Numbered from the stretch's first letter, positions 1 to 10,277 are shown. The stretch is DNA of 32,000 nucleotides from Desulfotalea psychrophila LSv54 (GCF_000025945.1 NC_006138.1:2430001-2462000); one strand, 5' to 3'. The notes: generated by a model not told the origin, from the letters alone. Numbers and translations: made by a program.

Positions 1-81
1 CTGGCTATATTGTCAAACCTGTGCCCACCTGATAAGGCAAGGTGCTGACTTTATAAAAAACAGAGAGGAAGGGGTTCTCCA

Positions 82-1425
82 ATGAAAAAAATAGCGACCA
101 TGGTTTTGCTTTTGAGCATCTTCACCTTTGCCGGGCAGAGCCGGGCTGAACTTAAGATGCTTGATAGCCAAGAGATTATAGCCATTCAGAACAATCCGGA
201 CTGGCTTATTGTCGATACTCGACTCAGTGATGCCTTTAACGGTTGGAAGCTTGATGGGGTGGAGCGTGGTGGACATATAGAGGGGGCGGTCAACTTTTCC
301 GCAAACTGGCTGCATCTTAAGAAAAAGAACCTTAAAGAGGAGTTGCTAGAGATCCTCAAGGCCAAGGGGATAAGCCCTGACAGGCATATTGTCCTCTACG
401 ACGCCAATGGCCTCGATGCCAAGGCCGTTGCTGGATTTTTGAGAGAAGAGAACTACTCTAGGCTCTATGGTTATGATATTAGGGGATGGGCGGCAGATAC
501 CAATCTGGCCATGCAGCGTTATAAAAACTATCAACGCATTGTCCCCGCTGTTATTGTCAGGGCTGCCCTGGCAGGTAAGAGCCCCGAGACCTTTACGGGG
601 AGCAAAAAGATTAAAGTTGTTGAGGCCAGCTGGGGAGAAGAAAAAACCTCATATAGCAAGGGCCATATTCCCGGTGCCTTCCATGTCAATACCGATCGGA
701 TAGAGCCTCCCACCACCAGTGAACCTGTGATGTGGCTCCTGGCCGATAGCCCGACCCTTAAGCGTTTTGCCCTTGAATTTGGCTTTCAGAAAGATGACAC
801 CATTATTGTTGCCAGTCAGGAACCCATGGCGGCCTACCGCCTGGCAACGGTCCTGCGTTATATCGGGGTAGACGATGTCCGGGTCTTAAACGGCGGCACC
901 GACTCCTGGCTTTTGGCTGGCTACCCTCTTGAGACAGAGAGTCATAGCCCTCGCCCTGTGACTGATTTTGCCGGTATTGTTCCGGGCAATTCCGATATAA
1001 TGGATAGCATGTCCGAAACCAAAGCGGGTCTTGATAGAGCCCAGGGTTTTACCCTGGTGGACAACCGCACCTGGCAGGAGCATATTGGCGAGACAAGCGG
1101 TTACTCCTATCATAAGAAGAGGGGACGTATTCCCGGGGCAATCTTCGGTTATGCCGGTACCAGTGGCGCCTATGGCTTAGAGTATTACCGAAACCCTGAT
1201 AAGACCATGCGCAGTGCAGACGAGTTTTTGGCCCTCTGGCAGGAACAGGGCATTAATACCAATAATCACCTCTCCTTTATGTGCGGAAGTGGCTGGCGGG
1301 CAGCTGAAATATACTATTATGCAGATGTCTATGGCCTAAGGGATATTGCTATCTTTAGCGATGGCTGGATCGGTTGGAGTAATGATGAAAAGAACCTCAC
1401 CGAGACAGGGATACCCACAAGATAA
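82..1425 (+). CDS. Exported multi-domain rhodanese-like sulfurtransferase
   Basis: 447-aa ORF with signal peptide (MKKIATMVLLLSIFTFAGQSRA), repeated rhodanese-like segments (IVDTR...GHIEGAVN; GHIPGAFHVNTDRI...VRVLNGGTDSWLLAGYP; LVDNRTW...GRIPGAIF...FMCGSGWRAAE). AGGAAGG-type RBS upstream. Confidence 0.88.
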   Translation: MKKIATMVLLLSIFTFAGQSRAELKMLDSQEIIAIQNNPDWLIVDTRLSDAFNGWKLDGVERGGHIEGAVNFSANWLHLKKKNLKEELLEILKAKGISPDRHIVLYDANGLDAKAVAGFLREENYSRLYGYDIRGWAADTNLAMQRYKNYQRIVPAVIVRAALAGKSPETFTGSKKIKVVEASWGEEKTSYSKGHIPGAFHVNTDRIEPPTTSEPVMWLLADSPTLKRFALEFGFQKDDTIIVASQEPMAAYRLATVLRYIGVDDVRVLNGGTDSWLLAGYPLETESHSPRPVTDFAGIVPGNSDIMDSMSETKAGLDRAQGFTLVDNRTWQEHIGETSGYSYHKKRGRIPGAIFGYAGTSGAYGLEYYRNPDKTMRSADEFLALWQEQGINTNNHLSFMCGSGWRAAEIYYYADVYGLRDIAIFSDGWIGWSNDEKNLTETGIPTR

Positions 1426-1429
1426 GAAG

Positions 1430-1816
1430 ATGACGAAAAAGATTAGCATTGCCCTGATCGGTATTGAACTGCTTATGCTACTGGCCCTTGTCGTTCTGGA
1501 GTATTTCTCCAGCTATAGGGCCGGAATTATGCATCATCTCTACTATAAAAAACGCTACTATCTGACCAGCCTCTATCAACAGGGTTGGTTGAGCTCTCAT
1601 CTGCTGGCTATTCTCGCCTTCACCCTGGTAGTCACCCTCTGCACTCATGGTCGACGGTTAGAGCTGTTGAGATATGGCACCGTTCTCCTCCTGCTTCTCT
1701 TCTCCTATTTTCTGATGAGGGAGCTTAATGTCTATGCCCACCTGCTCATGGTGCTTGAAGGCTGTCTGCTTTTGGAAACCCTAAGGGTCTTATTCTTTCT
1801 GCCAAGAGAGAAATAG
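1430..1816 (+). CDS. Small multi-pass membrane protein of unknown function
   Basis: Same frame as track ORF 1346-1816, but the likely start is ATG 1430 (MTKKISIALIGIELLM...) just after the stop of the rhodanese gene at 1425; several hydrophobic segments; apparently translationally coupled. Confidence 0.6.
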   Translation: MTKKISIALIGIELLMLLALVVLEYFSSYRAGIMHHLYYKKRYYLTSLYQQGWLSSHLLAILAFTLVVTLCTHGRRLELLRYGTVLLLLLFSYFLMRELNVYAHLLMVLEGCLLLETLRVLFFLPREK

Positions 1817-1946
1817 GCCTCTCTTCTCAGCAGTGGAGGGGATTTGCTGTCAGAGAGGAGGCACCGAGTCCCAGCCCCGCGAGGTTGCAGGGAATCGGAG
1901 ATGTTAGGCTGAGCATCTAGGGCTGAGCTCAATTGAGCGGAAGCAG

Positions 1947-3128
1947 CTATAGACTCTGGACAAAGCTTTTGCCGTACTCTCTGCAGGTCTTTTTACCCTC
2001 CTCATCCGGTGACCAGGTCAGACGCAGACCCTCATCGACCAGTTCAAAACCGGAATCAGTCAGGCGCTGAGAAATATTTTTTACCGCCTCACCGCTCCAG
2101 CCATAGCTACCAAAGGCGCCTGCCTTTTTGCCCTTGAATTTGAGCCCCTTTATCTCCTCCAGCAGGCCCGCCACCGAGACCAGAATGCCATTGTTGAGTG
2201 TGGGAGAGCCCATAAGAATGGCCTTTGATCTGAAGATCTCGGTGATGACGTCGTTCTTGTCGCTCTTGGCCAGGTTGTAGAGCTTCACCGTCACCTCCTC
2301 GTCGACCTCTCTAATTCCGGCGGCAATCTGCTCGGCCATGACCCGGGTGCTCTCCCACATGGTATCGTAGAGGATGCTGATCTGGTTTTCCTGATAGTTA
2401 TCAGCCCATTGCAAATACTTTTCTACAATTTGGGATGGATTATCACGCCAGATGATCCCATGGCTGGTACAGATCATCTCCAAGGGCAGGTTCATGTCCA
2501 GAATCTCCTTGATCTTTCTGGTGACCATGGGACTGAAGGGGGTAAGGATATTGGCATAGTATTTCAGACATTCTTGAAAAAGATCAGCCTGATCTACCAG
2601 GTCGTTAAACATATGCGCTGAGGCATAATGTTGGCCAAAACCATCATTACTGAAGAGGACAGCGTCTCCTGTGAGATAGACAAACATAGTGTCTGGCCAG
2701 TGGAGCATGGGGGCTTCGATAAAGACCAGCTCTTTGGAGCCAAGACTCAACCGATCCCCGCTCTTGACCACCTGGAAGTTCCAATCCTGATGGTAGAGCC
2801 CCTTAAGAAATTTGGCGCAGTTTTTGCTGCAGTAGATGGGCACATCGGGAATATGACGCATCAACTCCGGCAGGGCCCCGCTATGATCATTCTCGGCGTG
2901 ACAGGCAACAATATAATCAATCTGGTCAAGATCGATCTCCCGCCTGAGGTTCTCGACAAACTCCTGAGCAAAGGGTCCCCAGACCGTATCGATCAGGACC
3001 ACCTTCTCCTCCTTGATCAGATAGGGGTTGTAGGAAGAACCCTTGTGAGTGGAGTACTCATCGCCGTGGAATTTTCGTAACTCCCAGTCAATTTTTCCCA
3101 CCCAGTGGATATTATTTTTCACCTTCAT
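1947..3128 (-). CDS. Flavodiiron protein (A-type, FprA/rubredoxin:oxygen oxidoreductase-like)
   Basis: Metallo-beta-lactamase-like di-iron motif (ACHAENDHSG = HxExDH), LYNLAKSDKNDVITEIFRSKAILMGSPTLNNGILVSVAGLLEEIKGLKFKGKKAGAFGSYGWSGEAVK flavodoxin domain. Start refined to Met at 3128 (MKVKNNIHWVGKIDWELR) preceded by AGGGGG RBS on the minus strand. Confidence 0.93.
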   Translation of the reverse strand: MKVKNNIHWVGKIDWELRKFHGDEYSTHKGSSYNPYLIKEEKVVLIDTVWGPFAQEFVENLRREIDLDQIDYIVACHAENDHSGALPELMRHIPDVPIYCSKNCAKFLKGLYHQDWNFQVVKSGDRLSLGSKELVFIEAPMLHWPDTMFVYLTGDAVLFSNDGFGQHYASAHMFNDLVDQADLFQECLKYYANILTPFSPMVTRKIKEILDMNLPLEMICTSHGIIWRDNPSQIVEKYLQWADNYQENQISILYDTMWESTRVMAEQIAAGIREVDEEVTVKLYNLAKSDKNDVITEIFRSKAILMGSPTLNNGILVSVAGLLEEIKGLKFKGKKAGAFGSYGWSGEAVKNISQRLTDSGFELVDEGLRLTWSPDEEGKKTCREYGKSFVQSL

Positions 3129-3502
3129 AGACAGATTTCCCCCTGTTAAAACAAAAGTCGTAGCCGGTGGAAGAGCCCCATGCCCTTCACCAATAGACAG
3201 ATGCCCAAGGGCATTCTGCAAACCATAGCCACTCCTTCAGGATAGCACCAAAGGGAGAAATGAAGAAATGCTGGTTTACTTCAAGGCTACGGGTAGAGGC
3301 CCTAGGCGAAAAACGATCTGGCAATAGATTAGTAGGGGGGATGCAATCAGGTCAGGCCTTGGGGGAATATATAGGCCCTGTTTTGGACAGGCCGGCAAGA
3401 TTCAAGGCCGAGGGTGGTTAAGTAGGGCTGACATTGATTTGGCAAGAGGGCGGCAAGATCATGGTCAGAGGAGAGACCGCCGTCTTTTGTTGCACCCATT
3501 CG

Positions 3503-4090
3503 CTAGAAACATTTTTGATTTAGCAAGCTATCCAAATGTTTAATCACATAATTTCTTGCTTTTTTATGTTTAAACTCCGACGGAACATGAAGAAGAAAGC
3601 CTTGCCACTTGAAATCACTCAATTCGCGGTGACTACTCGCAATATAGTTCCTGAGTTGAAACCAGATTCTCGATGAAAAGCACATAGTTGGTGATGTTTG
3701 TACTGTATTGAGAAGAAGGCTTCCTTGGGCCAAGCCAGTTTATGCTTTCGCATTAGATGACACTTGGAACAATTCACTGAGCCCAGGTCTAAGCCGTGAC
3801 TTTGATAAAGATACTTTGAATGGCACCAATCCTCTGGTTTATAACCTTCTGGCAGATCTCTTATGGCTGTAGCATTACCACCATGAAGCCCCGCAAGAAT
3901 CTTTAAATAATTGGTATTCAAAAAGTTCACTCTCTTGAAAAAAGGCAACATCTTTTTTGAGCTTTATACTCTTAATTTCAGCAAATTCAAATATGCTACA
4001 ACTGCCACAAGATGGACATTGAATATTCACTTTATGAGGCATTGGATTCCATTCGTATGACCAGTTATTTCTATTATCATGCTCCAACAA
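3503..4090 (-). pseudogene. Frame-disrupted Cys-rich hypothetical ORF (composite of 4090-3875, 3951-3619, 3733-3503)
   Basis: Three overlapping minus-strand ORFs tile one region; first and last are in the same frame and the middle one in another, as expected from two compensating frameshifts. Zinc-ribbon-like Cys pairs: CPSCGSC and CSKCHLMRKH. Confidence 0.45.
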
Positions 4091-4391
4091 AGTGTTATGT
4101 GGGTTAAGGCAAGGTCAACGTCATTTATGCCAATATTGTAAACTCAGAAATAATCTTATTGCCCAAACTACGGTTGCCGCCCCACAAATGGTTGCATTCA
4201 TATCTGTGCTGTACATAATCCATATGGACAATAATTAAGAGCTATTAGGTGGGTATTGACCGTGCTACCTCTCCTCTTTCTTATTCAAACTGAAGCGCTC
4301 TTTGAGCTAGTTCACTTACTATTGTCTTTCTCTGTGAACTCGGCTGAGGTGGTTAATATTTTTGTTTTGGAGAGAGGTGTTAGGGGGGAGA

Positions 4392-4471
4392 GGATGGACC
4401 CCTTCTCTCCCTTCCCCCTTGAAAAAAGGGAGAACCCCCTCCCGGCCTCCCCCTTGCAAAAAGGGTGAGGG
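4392..4471. repeat. GC-rich short palindromic intergenic repeat units (CCCCCTTGnAAAAAGGG type)
   Basis: tctcccttcccccttgaaaaaagggagaa and cctcccccttgcaaaaagggtgagggg, related to the copy at 11100-11124. Confidence 0.5.
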
Positions 4472-4478
4472 GCTGAGA

Positions 4479-5909
4479 TCAATTGGTCTTGCCAGTGTCA
4501 CTCAGCCAACTTCCGCCCAAGGCCTTAATCAAGAGGACAGAGGTGCTCATCTGTTCGCCTCGAAGTTGGACCAGGGCCCGTTCTCTTAGCAGGGCACTAC
4601 GCTGTGTATCGACCACCTCAAGGTAGCTGACCAGGCCGGAGCGATAGCGTTTTTCCGAAATCTCCCAGGCCAGTGTGGCTGTAGTTGTTGCCCGTTGCAG
4701 GGCTTTGCCCTGCTCATGAAGAACCTGCAATCCATTAAGGCCATTCTCGACCTCCTGAAATGCGACCAGCACCTGTTGTCGATAATTGGCGATGGCCTCC
4801 TCGTATACAGCCCGTGATTTGTCCAGTTTAGCACTGTTACGGCCATAATCGAAGATTGGTAGGGAGATTGCCGGCCCCAAGCCCCAGGTACGGTTATCCC
4901 AATTAAAGAGGGAGCTTGTCTCATTACTTGCAAAGCCGGTGCTACCGGTCAGGCTGATGGCAGGGAAAAAAGCCGTTTTTGCCACCCCTATCCGTGCCGA
5001 TGCCGCTGCCATTTTTCTTTCGGCTGCTGCCACATCCGGTCGTCGTTCAAGCAAATCGGAGGGAAGGCCGGGGGCGATTGTCGGCGGACTCAGACGCAAA
5101 GATACCTGGGCCAGAGAGAAGTTGGACGCTGGCAGCCCCATGAGCACAGCAATTAAATTTTCCAGTTCCCCCCGTCGTTTTTTCAGGCCAATTGCCTCTG
5201 CCTCGACGGTGGCCAGTTCCGACTCTGCCTGTGAAAGATCAAGCTGACTGACCCGGCCGTTCTCAAACTTACTTTTAACCAAACTAAGGGTGGAGCGGCG
5301 CAGTTCAATGGTTTGCTGCAATAGTCTTGTTTCATTATCCACCGCTCGCAGGGTAAAGTAATTGCGTGCCAGCTCTGCCTGTAGGGTTAACATCAGACTC
5401 TGATAATCAGCTCTTGCACTTTCCACATCTGCTGTGGAAGCCTCTATGCTACGTCTGACCCGACCCCAGAGATCGACTTCATAACTGAGGACCAAAGGCA
5501 AATTTAATTGGGTGCTGAGCTGGTCTTGACCGGGAGAGGTTAAGCTGGCAGCTGTTCGTTGCCTGCCGCCATTGGCATTGAGATCAAGTCGGGGTAACTG
5601 GTTGGACCGGCTGATACCAAGATTTGCCTGCACCTGACTTAAGCGGGCGTAAGCTGCCCGCAGGTTTTGATTTGCCTGTAGCGCATTTTCTTCCAGCCCG
5701 TTTAAAACGGGATCATGGTAAAGCTCCCACCAATTCCCCTTGGCCACGGCATCACTGGGACGTGCCTCTTTCCAGGGAGCGCCATTTTTAAATTGAATGG
5801 GGACCAGGGTCTCCGGGCGTTGGTAGTCCTGACCCAGGGTGCAGGCGGAGAGTGCTAAAAGCAACACTCCACCGAAAAACAGATTACGAATTTTTTTTTC
5901 ACTATGCAT
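4479..5909 (-). CDS. Outer-membrane efflux lipoprotein, RND system (OprM/NodT-like, TolC family)
   Basis: Lipobox LLALSAC, GQDYQRPE N-terminus, two OEP repeats (WWELYHDPVLNGLEENALQANQNLRAAYARL; FPAISLTGSTGFAS), GLVSYLEVVDTQRSAL. Confidence 0.93.
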   Translation of the reverse strand: MHSEKKIRNLFFGGVLLLALSACTLGQDYQRPETLVPIQFKNGAPWKEARPSDAVAKGNWWELYHDPVLNGLEENALQANQNLRAAYARLSQVQANLGISRSNQLPRLDLNANGGRQRTAASLTSPGQDQLSTQLNLPLVLSYEVDLWGRVRRSIEASTADVESARADYQSLMLTLQAELARNYFTLRAVDNETRLLQQTIELRRSTLSLVKSKFENGRVSQLDLSQAESELATVEAEAIGLKKRRGELENLIAVLMGLPASNFSLAQVSLRLSPPTIAPGLPSDLLERRPDVAAAERKMAAASARIGVAKTAFFPAISLTGSTGFASNETSSLFNWDNRTWGLGPAISLPIFDYGRNSAKLDKSRAVYEEAIANYRQQVLVAFQEVENGLNGLQVLHEQGKALQRATTTATLAWEISEKRYRSGLVSYLEVVDTQRSALLRERALVQLRGEQMSTSVLLIKALGGSWLSDTGKTN

Positions 5910-5978
5910 TGTTCAATTCCTTCATCAAACTGTCAATATAATCAGTCTGCCACAGATATTTCGAAGAGTTGCCCATGA

Positions 5979-8900
5979 CTATTTTTCAGCCTCGGGCTCT
6001 AGTGGTTGTCGCTTTTTGGCCAGTAACATATAGACCGATGGCACAACGAAGAGGGTAAGGGCGGTTCCGAGTGTTAAACCGCCGACGATAACCCAGCCGA
6101 TCTGTGAACGACTTTCGGCCCCTGCTCCACTGGCTAGAGCCAGCGGTACACTGCCCAGCACCATGGCTCCGGTGGTCATCAGAATCGGGCGAAGACGGAG
6201 GGTGGCTGCTTCGAGTACCGCCTCCAGCTTACTCTTTCCCTGTTCCTGAAGCTGGTTGGCAAACTCGACGATGAGGATACCATGTTTAGTAATGAGCCCA
6301 ACCAGGGTAATCAGCCCCACCTGACTATAGATGCTGAGACTATTACCTGTACAGTAAAGGGCCAATAGGGCACCAACCATGGAGAGAGGTACGGTAAAGA
6401 GGATGATCAGGGGATCAACAAATGATTCGAATTGGGCGGCCATCATCAGATAAATCATGATCAGGGCCAGGGCAAAGGTCATAATCAGACCGGAGTTGCT
6501 CTCCATAAATTCACGTGACTGCCCCTTATAATCAATTCGGGCGGTTTTAGGCAAAATTCGCTTTGCTGCATCAGATAGAAAAGCCAAGGCTTCACCCTGC
6601 GAATAACCGGGGGCCAGATTGGCACTCAGCACCGCTGCCCGACTGCGGTTAAAGTGATTAAGTGACTGGGCGGTAACACCTTCTTCAATGCTTACCAGAT
6701 TGGCTAGCGGAATCATTATCCCACTGGCGCTCCGCACATGAATCTGGTTAAGATCCTCCGGGACTACCCGCAGTTTATCCTCAATTTTAACAATAACGTC
6801 GTACTGTTCTCCGTCCATTTTAAAACGGGTTACCTCCCGTCCACCCATCATGGTTTCAATGGTCCGGCCAATGACGGCAATATTAACGCCTAAATCGGCA
6901 GCCTTATCACGATCAATCTGCAGGCGCAGTTCGGGCGAGTTGAGCTTCAGGTCGGTTCTGGCGGCAATAATTTTTGGATTTTTACGTACTTCAGCCATCA
7001 GCTGATTGATTTGCTTATTTAATTCCACATAGCTCTCGCTGGTCTTAATAACAAACTGGACCGGCTGATCCATAAATGGCTGACCAAGAGAAGGCGGTGT
7101 GATGGGAAAGCAGAGGACTCCGGGGATTCCGAATAGGCTGGGCGCCAGTTCTCCTGCGATCTGTAGCGAAGAACGTTGGCGGTCAGCCCAGTCTTTCAAC
7201 TGAACAAAGGAAATTGCCTCGGTCACCTTACCACCCATTCCTGCCACGGAAAAAACACCATTACTTTCCGGAATTGGCTGGAGCAATTTTTCAGTTTGGC
7301 GCAGATAGTGATCCGAATATTTCAAATTGGCGCCGTCGGGAGCAATGGCAAAGGTCATAAAGACCCCTCTGTCCTCCAGTGGCGACATCTCTGAAGGGAG
7401 TTGCTGCAACAGATAGTAGGAACCGGCTCCGGCTAAAACGGCAATGGTCAATCCAAATATGACGGTTTTCAAGGACCAGGCAAGAACCCTTTTATAGCCT
7501 TGCTCGATTGCGATGAAAATATTCTCCATAATGGTGAAGATCTTCATATGCTTGTCCTGATGACGGAGCATTTTTGCACACATCATTGGGGTCAGAGTCA
7601 GAGCCACGAAGCCGGAGACAATTACCGCACCGGCCAGAGTCAGGGCAAATTCGGTGAAGAGCTTACCGGTCCTTCCCTCCATCATTGCCACCGGAACAAA
7701 AACAGCGGCCAGGGTCATGGTCATTAAGACGACGGCAAAACCGATCTCCCGCATTCCCTTAATGGCAGCTTCGGCTGGTTTGAGGCCTTTTTCAACATGG
7801 CGGTGAACATTTTCCAGGACAACAATAGCATCATCGACCACCAGTCCAACCGCCAAAACCATTGCCAATAGGGTCAGGGTATTAATGGAAAAGCCAAAGG
7901 CCCACATCAGGACAAAGGAGCCGATTAGAGAGACCGGAATAGTGACCAGAGGAATCAGGGTGGAACGAACAGAACGCAGAAAGATAAAGATAATCAACAG
8001 CACCAGGGCAACCGCCTCAAAGATGGAGCTAAAAACGTTTTCAATGGAGCGCTCAATAAAAATGGAAGAGTCGTAGACGATTTTAGTTTTCATCCCCTCT
8101 GGCAGTGATGCCTTCAGTTCTGGCAGCATCTTATGGAGGGCAATGGAGATATCAAGTGGATTGGCAACCGACTGTTTGACCAGACCAAGGGCAACTGCCT
8201 GGGCCCCGTTATAACGCAGACTCGATCGCACCGATTGGGGACCGATCTCGGCCCGACCAATATCTTTTAACCGGACTAAGGTTGTACCCGACTTGCGAAC
8301 GATAATATTTTCAAACTCTTCCGTTGAGTTGAGACTGGTATCGGAGAGGACAGTAAACTCGCGGGTACTGCTTTCCAGACGACCACCCGGCACCTCTATA
8401 TTCTGGGCCCGGATCGCCTCCTCAACATCCTGTGGCGTCACCCCATGGCCAGTGAGCAGGGCCGGATCAAGCCAGATACGCATGGAGTATTTACGAGCAC
8501 CAAGGACCTGCGCTTCGGCAACACCATCGATCATTTCAATCTGGTCGGTCACATAGCGATCAACGTAATCAGTAATCTCTTCATTACTGTGCTTGTCACT
8601 GGAAAAGGCCATATAGAGGATCGGATCGGCATCGGCTTCAACCTTGGCAATGACCGGCTCCTCGACATCGAGGGGTAGATCAGCGCGCACCCGCCCAACC
8701 CGGTCACGCACCTCAGCGGCGGCATCATCGGCATTACGCTCCATCTTAAAGACAATACTGATCTGGCTCCGTTCCTGAAGACTCTCGGAAGAGATGGTTT
8801 TGATCCCCTCAATTCCCGAGAGGCTATCCTCAATGATGGTGGTAATCTCGGTTTCAATGATCTCCGGACTGGCACCTTGATAAACGGTCACCACCGAAAC

Positions 8901-9032
8901 CGTAGGCTCGTCGATATTAGGGTACTCACGAACCGTCAAACGATCATAGGCAACCAGGCCGATCAGTACGATCAGCAGACTCATCACCGTCGCCAGTACC
9001 GGACGTCTGACACTTATTTCTGATATTTTCAT
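5979..9032 (-). CDS. RND-family multidrug efflux permease (AcrB/MexB-like)
   Basis: 1017 aa; PNIDEPTVSVVTVYQGASPEIIETEIT, TM4 motif LAMVLAVGLVVDDAIVVLENVHRH, GFVALTLTPMMCAKML, C-terminal RPILMTTGAMVLGSVPLALASGAGAESR. Confidence 0.96.
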   Translation of the reverse strand: MKISEISVRRPVLATVMSLLIVLIGLVAYDRLTVREYPNIDEPTVSVVTVYQGASPEIIETEITTIIEDSLSGIEGIKTISSESLQERSQISIVFKMERNADDAAAEVRDRVGRVRADLPLDVEEPVIAKVEADADPILYMAFSSDKHSNEEITDYVDRYVTDQIEMIDGVAEAQVLGARKYSMRIWLDPALLTGHGVTPQDVEEAIRAQNIEVPGGRLESSTREFTVLSDTSLNSTEEFENIIVRKSGTTLVRLKDIGRAEIGPQSVRSSLRYNGAQAVALGLVKQSVANPLDISIALHKMLPELKASLPEGMKTKIVYDSSIFIERSIENVFSSIFEAVALVLLIIFIFLRSVRSTLIPLVTIPVSLIGSFVLMWAFGFSINTLTLLAMVLAVGLVVDDAIVVLENVHRHVEKGLKPAEAAIKGMREIGFAVVLMTMTLAAVFVPVAMMEGRTGKLFTEFALTLAGAVIVSGFVALTLTPMMCAKMLRHQDKHMKIFTIMENIFIAIEQGYKRVLAWSLKTVIFGLTIAVLAGAGSYYLLQQLPSEMSPLEDRGVFMTFAIAPDGANLKYSDHYLRQTEKLLQPIPESNGVFSVAGMGGKVTEAISFVQLKDWADRQRSSLQIAGELAPSLFGIPGVLCFPITPPSLGQPFMDQPVQFVIKTSESYVELNKQINQLMAEVRKNPKIIAARTDLKLNSPELRLQIDRDKAADLGVNIAVIGRTIETMMGGREVTRFKMDGEQYDVIVKIEDKLRVVPEDLNQIHVRSASGIMIPLANLVSIEEGVTAQSLNHFNRSRAAVLSANLAPGYSQGEALAFLSDAAKRILPKTARIDYKGQSREFMESNSGLIMTFALALIMIYLMMAAQFESFVDPLIILFTVPLSMVGALLALYCTGNSLSIYSQVGLITLVGLITKHGILIVEFANQLQEQGKSKLEAVLEAATLRLRPILMTTGAMVLGSVPLALASGAGAESRSQIGWVIVGGLTLGTALTLFVVPSVYMLLAKKRQPLEPEAEK

Positions 9033-9125
9033 AACTTGTATCCTGTGTTCTTTCCCATCTCCCTCTACCTGTTCCCAGGTGGCGAGATACTCTTCGTCTA
9101 GCGGAAGTAGGGTAAAGGGTGTGAC

Positions 9126-10277
9126 TTAATTTTTTGCAAAGAGTGTCGGATCAGCAGGCACTGTCTGTACTGGACTACCTGGTCCAATCTTCTGATGCCC
9201 TCCGGTAACAACTATATCGCCTGCGGACAGGCCGCTGGTTATCTCGACCCAGCCTTCCATGCGCGTGCCGGTTTTTACCTCCACCATCTGCGCCTTACCG
9301 TTAACAACTTTAAAGACCAGCTTGGTTTTTGGTTGCGGGATTAAGGCCTGTTCCGGAATAAAGAGGGCATTCGCTCTGGTTCCAACACTCAACTGTATCT
9401 TAACGAATTGACCCGGTAAGAGCTGATGCTTGGAATTATTAAGGAGACCACGTACCGTCAGGCTACGACTCTGCACATTGATCTGTGGGTTGATAGCATA
9501 AATCTGGCCGATAAAGCTTTGTTGTGGATAGGCAGACGAGCGCAGTTTGATTTTCTGACCAGTTTTAACCTCGGCAAGATGTTTTCCGGAAATGGAAAAC
9601 TCGATCTTTAGCTCTTCGATCGCCTCCAAATTGACCAATGCCTGTCCCGGCATAACATAGTCCCCTAGACTAACCTGGCGCAGACCGAGAGTTCCTGCAA
9701 AAGGTGCCTGGATAATGGTTTTGGCTAGCTGTGCTTGGGCTAGGCGAACATTTGCCCTATCAAGCTGCCAACTGGCATAGGCCTCATCCCGTTCCTGCCG
9801 GGAGATAGCGTGATCTTTGAGCAGGTTATCGGCTCGTTTATAATTGGATTTACTGAGATTACGGTTGGCAACGGCTCGATCGAGCTCAGCCTGTAAGACA
9901 GCGCTGTCAAGTTTGATCAGCATCTTGCCCTCTTTGGTTTTCTTACCCTCAATAAAACCAATCTCTTTAATCCGCCCGGCAATTTCGGCAACAATCACCA
10001 CCGATTCTTTAGAATAAAGACTGCCACTGCTGGCAAGGATTTTATCACTGTCAGCGACCCTGACCTCGGCCGTTTCAACCGGCATTGGCGGCCTGGTTGG
10101 TGCTACATTTTTTGCATCCGAGGCCATTAGCTGTGGGCCGGTTATCAGGCCAAGGCCGGCACAAACAACCAGCAGGCAGGCAAAGATCAATGCTAGCATG
10201 ACAGTTTTGGGACGACGGTGAGTCACAGGTAGCAACTCCTGGGCCTTGGATTGTTGATTAGATTCTTGTCTTTCCAT
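9126..10277 (-). CDS. RND efflux periplasmic adaptor (membrane fusion protein, HlyD/AcrA family)
   Basis: APFAGTLGLRQVSLGDYVMPGQALVNLEAI lipoyl-type segment, coiled-coil hairpin, C-terminal barrel. Start refined to MERQESNQQ at 10277 with upstream AAGG motif. Confidence 0.92.
   Translation of the reverse strand: MERQESNQQSKAQELLPVTHRRPKTVMLALIFACLLVVCAGLGLITGPQLMASDAKNVAPTRPPMPVETAEVRVADSDKILASSGSLYSKESVVIVAEIAGRIKEIGFIEGKKTKEGKMLIKLDSAVLQAELDRAVANRNLSKSNYKRADNLLKDHAISRQERDEAYASWQLDRANVRLAQAQLAKTIIQAPFAGTLGLRQVSLGDYVMPGQALVNLEAIEELKIEFSISGKHLAEVKTGQKIKLRSSAYPQQSFIGQIYAINPQINVQSRSLTVRGLLNNSKHQLLPGQFVKIQLSVGTRANALFIPEQALIPQPKTKLVFKVVNGKAQMVEVKTGTRMEGWVEITSGLSAGDIVVTGGHQKIGPGSPVQTVPADPTLFAKN

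Noticed and set aside
1820-1870. cctctct...agagagg inverted repeat between the convergent genes
   Set aside because: Long interrupted loop and no T-tract; insufficient for a terminator call.
2409-3080. Plus-strand ORFs 2409-2621 and 2628-3080 opposite the flavodiiron gene
   Set aside because: Antisense shadow ORFs of a strongly conserved gene with no recognisable protein features.
4256-4589. ORFs 4256-4468, 4319-4501, 4362-4589
   Set aside because: They translate the GC-rich palindromic repeat into low-complexity Pro/Gly/Ser peptides and have no family-like sequence.
7176-9000. Multiple plus-strand ORFs (e.g. 7176-7394, 7500-7727, 8293-8556, 8445-8678) antisense to the RND permease
   Set aside because: They lie inside a convincing conserved coding sequence and lack family-like motifs; shadow ORFs.
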